Part shown: one piece after another, positions 8,118 through 15,042 of the stretch
How the letters are laid out: every line of letters starts with the position of its first letter
How positions within the stretch are numbered: position 1 is the stretch's first letter
Source: a virus
Strand: one strand, 5' to 3'
Virus record (IMG/VR): IMGVR_UViG_3300021255_000007
DNA length: 28,646 bases
The notes under the pieces: model-generated
Told to the model about the DNA's origin: nothing
Databases searched by the model: none
The model's input: only the letters and a program-made list of their open reading frames with translations
Translations under genes and position numbers: made by a program

Positions 8118-10699
8118 GAGATATCAACCTTGGAAGAGTAACAGCTTACGCGGACGCAGTAGCAGCCGGGTACACCGGAACGCGGGAACAGTTTGCGGTT
8201 GATCTGGCCAACGCGGCGACTTATGCCGGAGAAGCCGGAGCGAGCGCAGAAGCAGCGGCAGCCAGTGAGACGGCGGCGGCAAACAGCGCAGAAGCCGCAG
8301 AGGCAGCGGCGCAGGTAGCGGCAGGAGCGGAAGACAGCGTACACGCGGACGCTCTGGCGGCGCAGGAAGCCAAGGCGGCGGCGCAGGCATCTGAGGAGAC
8401 AGCAGTAAGCAAGGCCGGCGAAGCTGCCAACAGTGCCGACTCCGCGAGAAACAGCGCAAGCGCAGCGTCTTCCAGCGCGTCGGCGGCGGCTACCAGCGAG
8501 CAGAATGCTTCCGGATCCGCAACAGCGGCGGCGGGATCTGCTACGGCGGCGGCAGCCAGTGAGACGGCGGCAGCAGAATCCGCAGAGGAAGCAGCGGAAA
8601 GCCTGGGAGAGGTGCAGGCGGCTGAGACCTCCGCACTCACCAACATCGACACGGCAAAAACCACCGCCCTGTCTGAGATCCAGACCAAAGGAGAGGAAAC
8701 CCGGGCATCTATCCCGGCGGACTATACCGCCCTGAGCGATGACGTCAATGACTTAAAGAGCGATTTGGAAAAGTATGACAATCCGTTCGAAGAGACAATA
8801 CCTGGTTATACTAGTGGTATCATCGGTATCAGTATTATTGATCCTGCTGAATCTAATTACACGTCATATCGGATAAGTGCCATCAGAAAAAATTCGTCAT
8901 GGCACTGGTTTATGACATTACAAGGATATAACGGTACAGATTGGGTTAATATTGACAATATCGCAAGTCAATACAGTGCAGGCGCTGTTTATCCTATGGT
9001 TGAAACGCTTTTCTCAAATTATAACAAGTACGCTGTTGTCATAGACTGGAACTATGTACGAACAGAAGACATTTCAACATCCGGAATTACCGAGATTGTT
9101 CTGAAAAATACAGTTGTCAACAAACCGTTTGTCAATGCTCTGGTAAAAATCAACACTAACCAGACCGATATTGCGAACCTGACAACAAATGAACAGATGT
9201 ACAATAGTGTATTTTCCGTGCCTGTCAACAGTAACGCACTTGGAATTGTTGACATCAACCTTTATAATCCATCATTTACCAACTATGAGAAATACCGCAT
9301 AAACATTCTCAGGCATAACTCAAGTTATCATTTACATCTGGTATTACAGGGTTGTATCGGTGAAACATGGACGAATATTGATTCAATTCTCGTCCGTGCA
9401 GAGAACGCACCTGAACCATTGCCTGCTGTGGAAGTTCTTGATAGCACTTATCACAGATTTACTGTGACAATTATATGGGCAATGATGGGGACATTGACTT
9501 TAACTGGACTGGATTATCAGCTTAAAAACAGCATCGTCAATCGTACACAGATAGCCTTACAAACACGGGTTGAAGATATTTCTAATATTCCTTCATTCGA
9601 ACTTGCTGACCACATCAAACATGTTGTTACTGTCAAGCCTGACGGTACGGGGGACTATACGACTATTGCCGATGCCTATGCTGCAATAACAGACAGTGCA
9701 TGGGATAATCAATATGAAATCATTGTTTATCCTGGAACGTACAATGAAAACAATCTCCAGCCCCCTGCATATACTCATACGCATGGCATCTATCCTATGC
9801 AGACGATTGTTGACAGCAGTGGTTTGTTTGACCCAGAAAATCCTGATTTAAGTGTATTTGATCAGGGGCACGCACCATCTAAATTATCAAACATGGTAAT
9901 CAGATCTCAAACAAAATACTGTGTGCATCAGGATGTCGAGTTAAAGGGTGTAACGTTAGTCAACGAAAACTTGTACTGTATCAGATTGACAGGCGGCAGC
10001 AGCGAAACGTCAGTAATCGGGATCGGTGCTGATTTTGACGGTGCTAAATTTGTATGGAGAAACTGCACGTTTGTAAATGGAGCAGTGGCGGCACATACTA
10101 ATCCTAATAACTTGCCTAATGCAAATCAGCATATCATTTACGAGAACTGTATATTTGTTGACGCTTATGTGTCCCTAATGGTAGCAGGCATCGGAGGCGG
10201 CGCAAGTGGTAACACATTTGGAGAGTATGTGTGCGAAATTAAGGGATGCACAGTGAACGAGGGAAGATCTGGATTAAATTTGAAGTTTGGTTATCCTGTT
10301 AGCGGTATTGATGTCAATTTCCCCTGGCAGATTATTGGCGGAAATAATAACTTTGCGCCTGTGTTCAATAATTCGTCTGATACTAGTGCTGTTGATTTCT
10401 GGGACGCTATCAGCACAACAGATAAAACTTATGCTATTGCTGCTGAAACAATAGCAAAGGGAAGTTTTGTGGCATTTGACGGAACAAAGGCAACAAGCGC
10501 AACAGATACCAGTTTTATTGCCGGACTTGCTGTTTCTGATGGTGCGCAAAATGATAGGGTGCAAGTGTGGAAAGCGCCGTTTGTTTACACTGGAAACAAT
10601 GGCGAATACGGACTCGATGCAACAGGCAACTTAGATTCCGGAGCATCAAATAAAATAGGCAGAGTATTCAACAATATATTCTATCCGTTTTATGGCTGA
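8114..10699 (+). CDS. Tail fibre / receptor-binding protein: Ala-rich stalk, two tandem homologous domains, C-terminal parallel beta-helix (depolymerase-like) domain
   Basis: 861 aa. Residues ~40-200 form an Ala/Glu/Ser-rich stalk. Residues ~222-360 and ~361-490 are clearly homologous to each other. From 'VVTVKPDGTGDYTTIADAYAAI' onward there are periodic rungs: 'NMVIRS','NENLYCIRL','WRNCTFVNG','YENCIFVDA','IKGCTVNEG'. Confidence 0.75.
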   Translation: MRDINLGRVTAYADAVAAGYTGTREQFAVDLANAATYAGEAGASAEAAAASETAAANSAEAAEAAAQVAAGAEDSVHADALAAQEAKAAAQASEETAVSKAGEAANSADSARNSASAASSSASAAATSEQNASGSATAAAGSATAAAASETAAAESAEEAAESLGEVQAAETSALTNIDTAKTTALSEIQTKGEETRASIPADYTALSDDVNDLKSDLEKYDNPFEETIPGYTSGIIGISIIDPAESNYTSYRISAIRKNSSWHWFMTLQGYNGTDWVNIDNIASQYSAGAVYPMVETLFSNYNKYAVVIDWNYVRTEDISTSGITEIVLKNTVVNKPFVNALVKINTNQTDIANLTTNEQMYNSVFSVPVNSNALGIVDINLYNPSFTNYEKYRINILRHNSSYHLHLVLQGCIGETWTNIDSILVRAENAPEPLPAVEVLDSTYHRFTVTIIWAMMGTLTLTGLDYQLKNSIVNRTQIALQTRVEDISNIPSFELADHIKHVVTVKPDGTGDYTTIADAYAAITDSAWDNQYEIIVYPGTYNENNLQPPAYTHTHGIYPMQTIVDSSGLFDPENPDLSVFDQGHAPSKLSNMVIRSQTKYCVHQDVELKGVTLVNENLYCIRLTGGSSETSVIGIGADFDGAKFVWRNCTFVNGAVAAHTNPNNLPNANQHIIYENCIFVDAYVSLMVAGIGGGASGNTFGEYVCEIKGCTVNEGRSGLNLKFGYPVSGIDVNFPWQIIGGNNNFAPVFNNSSDTSAVDFWDAISTTDKTYAIAAETIAKGSFVAFDGTKATSATDTSFIAGLAVSDGAQNDRVQVWKAPFVYTGNNGEYGLDATGNLDSGASNKIGRVFNNIFYPFYG

Positions 10700-10789
10700 T
10701 TTTTCCAATGCTTAAAAGCACCATTTAAGAGACTTGACCATCTTGCTGGCATCAGCCAAAAGGTAGCAAGTTTGTAGCAAGTTGGTATC

Positions 10790-10817
10790 ATGTTCCCGGC
10801 AGAAATGTCGGGAACAT
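10790..10817 (+). terminator. Stem-loop downstream of the fibre gene (possible weak terminator)
   Basis: Perfect 9-bp inverted repeat ATGTTCCCG / CGGGAACAT with a 10-nt loop, followed by only TTT. Confidence 0.35.
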
Positions 10818-10960
10818 TTCACGCCCAGGCTTGCGTAAGATGCGGATCATCTACGCGAGCCCACGCAAATGATTGAGTCAACAACTTAGTCAAAAACCAT
10901 TAACTCAGTAAATGACGTGGATAATGACTTTGATAATGACTTGGATAATGAGGGGAAAAC

Positions 10961-11335
10961 ATGGAACAGATTCACTTTACGTCAGCCTATTGGCGGTTCC
11001 TGCTTCCGGCCTTTGCCGCCGGCGCGGACATCCTGACCGGACTCCTCCAGGCCGGTATAAACAACTGCTATAACAGCTCCGTCATGAGGAAGGGCCTCTA
11101 CCGCAAACTGGGAGAGCTGGCCTGCGTGGTCATGGCCTACGTGGTTTCTATCGGCGTGTCTCTGCCGGTGGACATAACCGCCTTCGTGGCCTTGTATATC
11201 GTGGTGATGGAGTTTATAAGCGTCCTGGAAAACCTCAGCGCTGCGGGGGTGCCGTTCCCGGTCTGGATCCTGCGGAAGCTTAAGAAGGCCGCCGATAAGC
11301 TGACGGAAGAGCCAAAGGAGGAGGGAACGGAATGA
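10961..11335 (+). CDS. Holin (phage_holin_4 / LL-H-like family)
   Basis: 124 aa with hydrophobic helices, an 'ADILTGLLQA' motif, 'MEFISVLENLSAAGVPFP', and a charged C-terminal tail. It sits directly upstream of the endolysin with an ATGA overlap. Confidence 0.8.
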   Translation: MEQIHFTSAYWRFLLPAFAAGADILTGLLQAGINNCYNSSVMRKGLYRKLGELACVVMAYVVSIGVSLPVDITAFVALYIVVMEFISVLENLSAAGVPFPVWILRKLKKAADKLTEEPKEEGTE

Positions 11336-12114
11336 GAGACGTGACGCAGTTACACCCGGAACTTCAGGAGAAGATTGCAAAGCTGAGACTCATGTGTGAG
11401 GCTGAGGGCCTTGCGCTGGGGATCGGGGAGTGTCTTCGGACGGTGGCGGAACAGGATCAGCTCTATGCGCAGGGGCGTACCGCTCCGGGGCCGGTCGTAA
11501 CTTATGCCAGAGGATCAACTTATGCCTCACAGCATCAATGGGGGATCGCGTTCGATATCTTCCAGAACATCCCCGGCCATGCCTATGATGACGTTGGTTT
11601 CTTCCGGAACGTGGCGACCATGGCCAAGAGCCTGGGCCTTGCGTGGGGCGGTGACTGGACGAGCCCGGTGGACATGCCTCACTTCTACCTCCCGTACTGG
11701 GGCGACACCCCTACAACCCTCAAACGTCAGTATGTTGTGCCTGAGCGATTTTTTGTCACCTGGGACAGAGGGGCGGAGAAGCTGGAGGTAGACGGATGGG
11801 CAGGGCCTAAAACCGTGCGGCGCCTACAAGAGGTCTTTGGTACTCAGGTAGACGGCGTGATTACAGACCAGTACGTTGTTTACAGGGACGACAACCCCGG
11901 CCTGTGTTCCGTGGAGTGGGTGCGGATGCCGGTATATGGCTCCGCCTTGGTGAGGGCGATTCAGGAGATGGTGGGGGCGGACATAGATGGAGTGATCGGG
12001 CCGGCGACCATCTCAGCCATGCAAGTCTACTTTGGCACTCCGGTAGACGGTTGCATTTCTGGGCCGTCTGCGCTTATCATGGCCATACAAGACTGGCTTA
12101 ACAAACACAGCTAA
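11332..12114 (+). CDS. Endolysin: M15-family (VanY / L-alanyl-D-glutamate peptidase-like) catalytic domain plus two PG_binding_1-like repeats
   Basis: Zinc-ligand motifs 'SQHQWGIAFD' and 'VDMPHFY'. The C-terminal repeats are 'VDGWAGPKTVRRLQEVFG' and 'IDGVIGPATISAMQVYFG'. Confidence 0.85.
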   Translation: MRDVTQLHPELQEKIAKLRLMCEAEGLALGIGECLRTVAEQDQLYAQGRTAPGPVVTYARGSTYASQHQWGIAFDIFQNIPGHAYDDVGFFRNVATMAKSLGLAWGGDWTSPVDMPHFYLPYWGDTPTTLKRQYVVPERFFVTWDRGAEKLEVDGWAGPKTVRRLQEVFGTQVDGVITDQYVVYRDDNPGLCSVEWVRMPVYGSALVRAIQEMVGADIDGVIGPATISAMQVYFGTPVDGCISGPSALIMAIQDWLNKHS

Positions 12115-12162
12115 TACTTCATTATAGCCTCGGCTTTTTTTATTTGCAAAGGCATAAAGATA

Positions 12163-12180
12163 GGCGGGTCTTCACCCGCC
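12163..12180. terminator. Bidirectional intrinsic terminator between the convergent endolysin and minus-strand genes
   Basis: GC-rich hairpin GGCGGGT-cttc-ACCCGCC. It is followed by 'tccttttatt' on the + strand and by 'tatctttatg' on the - strand. Confidence 0.65.
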
Positions 12181-12185
12181 TCCTT

Positions 12186-12413
12186 TTATTCCTTTTCCCA
12201 ACAGACTCCGACCTTTATGCCGGTGTTCTCGTATATCATCCGGGCAATGTCGCGGAAGGTGAGCGTTTCAAGCTCCGCCTCCTCATTGCCGTCCTCGTCT
12301 ATCGTGGTCTTCTCCACGACCACCGTGCACCTCTGGCGACCTGGCCAGAATACCGTTATAAATCCGTCTTCGGTCGAGATCCTTGCGCCTTGGGACAGTT
12401 CTACTGTGTGCAT
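12186..12413 (-). CDS. Hypothetical 75-aa protein (gene X) downstream of the integrase
   Basis: ATG at 12413..12411 is preceded by a strong RBS (AAAGGAGGAAAGA-ATG on the - strand). The track ORF extends to a GTG at 12476, but that extension covers the inverted repeat and has no RBS. No recognisable motifs. Confidence 0.55.
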   Translation of the reverse strand: MHTVELSQGARISTEDGFITVFWPGRQRCTVVVEKTTIDEDGNEEAELETLTFRDIARMIYENTGIKVGVCWEKE

Positions 12414-12434
12414 TCTTTCCTCCTTTGTCTTGCA

Positions 12435-12476
12435 GTGCTTTTTGATATCATCCATGTGGATAGGATCAAAAAACAC
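12435..12476. other. Candidate attP core for the serine integrase (imperfect 20-nt inverted arms around a central TG)
   Basis: GTGCTTTTTGATATCATCCA-TG-TGGATAGGATCAAAAAACAC. 16 of 20 arm positions are complementary and the central dinucleotide (12455..12456) is non-palindromic. It starts immediately after the int stop codon (12476..12478). Confidence 0.4.
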
Positions 12477-13792
12477 TATAAAAAAATGAGCTCAATGTGC
12501 CGGTCATCGAAGAACCGGATTTCCTTCAGGAGACCGCGCCACAGGTAACGGCGCTCCTGCATCGTGAGGGAGCTTATCAGGGTTCCGATGTCCTCAACGG
12601 CAAGGACTCCTTCCAGGGCGGAGGTGTCCGGCGGTGCCTCTTCGACATCCAGCGCCGCGAGCTCTCCCTCTAGTCCTTCTCGATCCTGGCGGTACTCCTC
12701 CAGTCCGATCAGCTCCGCAAGATATAACTCCTTCAGGCGGTCTATCTTTCTCTTGATAGCCGCCTTTTGCTTTTCCGTGTCCTTCTTCACCTCCTTTCTG
12801 GCCTGAGCCTCAACAATGACCTTTTCGGCTTCCTGCTTGACCTTGGCTATAAGGTACTCCTCTAGGACTGCCTCGCTGATTTGCTTTTTGTTTGTGCAGC
12901 GGCGCGGCGGCACGTAGTAGCACGGGCATCGGTATGTCGTGCGGTTGTGCGTAAAAACCGTGGCCATCCTGTGCCCGCATACACCGCACCGAAGGAGCCC
13001 GGTGAAAAGGTAATCCCTCTTTGCCGCTGCCGAAACGTTCATAGCGAGCTTCCGCTGTACATCCTCGAAAACGGCCTTGTCTATGATGGGCTCGCAGTAG
13101 TCTGAGTTTCCTCGATGCTCTCCGATATACTTCCGGTTCCGGAGTAGGCGCTTTAGGTTCTGCTTCTGACGCAACAGGCCAATGCGCTGACCGTACCGGG
13201 CGGCCTCGTTGAGGCTCCCACACTGGCAGTAGTAATCAAAGACCTTTCGGATGATTTCAGCCTTTTCCGGGACGACCACAAGGTGCTTGTCCTGGATCCG
13301 GTAGCCGAAGGGCACCTTGCCGGTCACGGCCTCACCCTGGGCAACTTTGTAGTCCATCACTGCGCGGATCCTGGCAGAGGTGTTTTCCGCCTCGAACTGG
13401 GCCACGCTCATCATCTGATTGACCACCAGACGCCCGGCGGGGGTGGTGGTGTCATAGATGGGCTCCCAGATTGCCAGCCATGTAACTCCGTACTTGTCAA
13501 GAACCTCCTGCGTGGCCGTGTAGTGCCGGATGGATCGAAACCAACGGTCAAGCTTTGTAAAGATTATCATGTCCACCTTGCCAGCCTTTATGTCATCGAT
13601 GAGCCTTTGCAGCTCCCCGCGCTCCTGGAACTTCCTGCCTGAAACCCCGTCGTCTATGTACTCCCCGGCGCTTATCATGTTGTCGTGCTCTTCCAGGTAC
13701 TTCCGCAGGGCGTCTCTCTGCGCTGGTACCGAGTCGCCTTCTTTTGCTTGGCGATCCGTGGAGACTCGGATATAGCAGGCTGTTTTTATCAC
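12476..13792 (-). CDS. int: Large serine recombinase (phage integrase)
   Basis: 438 aa with a GTG start. It has the N-terminal resolvase catalytic motif 'YIRVSTDRQ', a recombinase domain, the Cys cluster 'CGVCGHRM...YRCPCYY', and a C-terminal coiled coil. Confidence 0.9.
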   Translation of the reverse strand: MIKTACYIRVSTDRQAKEGDSVPAQRDALRKYLEEHDNMISAGEYIDDGVSGRKFQERGELQRLIDDIKAGKVDMIIFTKLDRWFRSIRHYTATQEVLDKYGVTWLAIWEPIYDTTTPAGRLVVNQMMSVAQFEAENTSARIRAVMDYKVAQGEAVTGKVPFGYRIQDKHLVVVPEKAEIIRKVFDYYCQCGSLNEAARYGQRIGLLRQKQNLKRLLRNRKYIGEHRGNSDYCEPIIDKAVFEDVQRKLAMNVSAAAKRDYLFTGLLRCGVCGHRMATVFTHNRTTYRCPCYYVPPRRCTNKKQISEAVLEEYLIAKVKQEAEKVIVEAQARKEVKKDTEKQKAAIKRKIDRLKELYLAELIGLEEYRQDREGLEGELAALDVEEAPPDTSALEGVLAVEDIGTLISSLTMQERRYLWRGLLKEIRFFDDRHIELIFL

Positions 13793-14256
13793 CTCTTGCC
13801 CACCTCCTTACACATGGCGTCGTAACTATTCAGCTTTCTTAGTAAGTTCACGAGAAGTATTAAGTTTTCTGAGGACGCCCTTTCCGCGAGATTTTTTAGT
13901 TTCTCAAGAAAATACTCTTTGTCCTCTTCGTTGAGTAGTTCACCATAGTCTGACGGGTCGTCTTTTCCGTCATACATCTCTGGTGGCATCGTCGAATCTG
14001 CCATCGCGTCCTTCATATCAAGATATTTGTCCCAACTCTCCGGAGACACGCCTTGGATTGGGGCGTCTTCTCCCATGATGGCCTCCAGTGGAACCTGGAA
14101 ATAGTCCGCGATAACTTGCAACTTTCCGACTTTCGGGGTGTATTTTCCCTGTTTCCAGGCCGTGAGCGTGGACGTAGTTACCCCGGTAGCTCTGGAGACT
14201 GTGCCGGGCTTAACTCCATGCTCTTCGCACAGCTTAATAAAGTTCTCGTAAAACAT
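13789..14256 (-). CDS. CI-like repressor (XRE-family HTH)
   Basis: 155 aa with N-terminal HTH 'VSRATGVTTSTLTAWKQGKYTPKVGKLQVIADYF'. It is divergent from a Cro-like gene. Its stop overlaps the int GTG (GTGA). No S24 peptidase motifs are visible in the C-terminal half. Confidence 0.75.
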   Translation of the reverse strand: MFYENFIKLCEEHGVKPGTVSRATGVTTSTLTAWKQGKYTPKVGKLQVIADYFQVPLEAIMGEDAPIQGVSPESWDKYLDMKDAMADSTMPPEMYDGKDDPSDYGELLNEEDKEYFLEKLKNLAERASSENLILLVNLLRKLNSYDAMCKEVGKR

Positions 14257-14419
14257 GCCGACCTCCTAAGAAAAACTAAGATTTATTAGTTGACAAACTA
14301 AGAAAACTGTGCTATCTTCTCAGGGAAGCGCAGGAAACTTAGTTATTGAGTTGATGAGTTTGTTTTCTGAGGTAATTATATAAGGTTTCTTAGCGTCCGT
14401 CAAGAAGGAAGGTGATACG
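14257..14419. promoter_or_regulatory. Lysis-lysogeny switch region with repeated operator-like half-sites
   Basis: CTAAGAAA occurs at 14266 and 14298 (+) and as TTTCTTAG at 14387. A variant, AAACTTAGTT, is at 14334. The region lies between divergent HTH genes. Confidence 0.6.
14290..14318 (+). promoter_or_regulatory. Sigma-A-type early rightward promoter candidate
   Basis: TTGACA (14290..14295), a 17-nt spacer containing an operator half-site, then TATCTT (14313..14318). It lies upstream of the Cro-like gene. Confidence 0.5.
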
Positions 14420-14605
14420 TTGTATAAACGTTTTGAGGAATTGATAGAAGAGAAGAACATTACGCCTTACAAGGTGGCGAAGGAAACGGGGATCAGTACA
14501 GCGACTATATCAAGCTGGAAACAAGGTAAGTACACCCCAAAGGTGGATAAGCTACTTAAGATTGCAGACTACCTCGAATGTGACGTGATGGAGCTGTTGC
14601 GATGA
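14420..14605 (+). CDS. Cro-like XRE-family HTH regulator
   Basis: 61 aa. TTG start after RBS GAAGGAAGGTG. The HTH 'VAKETGISTATISSWKQGKYTPKVDKLLKIADYL' is a close paralogue of the repressor HTH. Confidence 0.75.
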   Translation: MYKRFEELIEEKNITPYKVAKETGISTATISSWKQGKYTPKVDKLLKIADYLECDVMELLR

Positions 14606-14730
14606 ATACGAAGCTACTCTTTGAACTGCTTGGGGAGATCCTGAGCCGGAAATATCAAGCAGATGTCACTGTGAAGCCGGCGGGAGGAAATGATGAAAAG
14701 GGAAAATCTGAGGATCATCGGATCGCATGA
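14602..14730 (+). CDS. Small hypothetical ORF (42 aa)
   Basis: ATG overlaps the Cro-like stop (ATGA). It is below the track size cut-off and was translated by hand: MNTKLLFELLGEILSRKYQADVTVKPAGGNDEKGKSEDHRIA. Confidence 0.3.
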   Translation: MNTKLLFELLGEILSRKYQADVTVKPAGGNDEKGKSEDHRIA

Positions 14731-15010
14731 GGAGAAGGCCGTGCCGACGGGAAAGTACACCGTCACCAGGTACGGCAACAAGAAACCGGTCACCAAGCTA
14801 GAGACCTGGGTAAAAACCCCGTGCGGATCTATGAGGTTGTCAGTTTGGAAAACGCTCTACCGTGAGGCGCTGGAGGAAGAAGGGCAGCTTGATCTTCTGG
14901 AAAAGGTCATTGACCAGGTGAAACGGCTTCCCTTCGTAGATGATCCGGAGCTCTACGCGATGGAGTGCATTGATTGCGGCGCATACCTTTCCTGGGATGC
15001 CACCCAGTGA
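14690..15010 (+). CDS. Hypothetical protein (106 aa)
   Basis: ORF on the early-operon strand, with GGGAGGAA just upstream of tandem ATGs. No recognisable motifs apart from a C-terminal 'CIDCG'. Confidence 0.5.
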   Translation: MMKRENLRIIGSHEEKAVPTGKYTVTRYGNKKPVTKLETWVKTPCGSMRLSVWKTLYREALEEEGQLDLLEKVIDQVKRLPFVDDPELYAMECIDCGAYLSWDATQ

Positions 15011-15024
15011 GAAGGTTCCTATTT

Positions 15025-15042
15025 GCTGACTCATGTGTCAGC
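15025..15042 (+). terminator. Short hairpin after ORF 14690..15010 (weak terminator candidate)
   Basis: GCTGAC-tcatgt-GTCAGC followed by 'ctcctttc'. Confidence 0.3.

Noticed and set aside
8124-8688. ORFs in other frames or on the other strand across the Ala-rich stalk (8124..8459 -, 8221..8688 -, 8433..8735 +)
   Set aside because: GCN-rich repetitive DNA is open in many frames. Only the 8114..10699 frame continues into recognisable fibre domains.
8777-9583. The duplicated fibre domains considered as a diversity-generating retroelement template/variable pair
   Set aside because: No reverse transcriptase is encoded anywhere in the genome. Differences between the copies are spread over all bases and include indels, rather than being adenine-specific.
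12115-12185. The intergenic gap after the endolysin as the attP location (the classical position)
   Set aside because: It contains only the terminator hairpin and a T-run, with no extended imperfect dyad around an asymmetric dinucleotide. It is kept as the alternative to be tested.
12435-12476. The inverted repeat after int interpreted as an intrinsic terminator
   Set aside because: The stem is AT-rich with four mismatches and has a non-pairing centre. The strong GC hairpin at 12163..12180 already serves as the terminator, so an att-site interpretation is preferred. It remains unproven.
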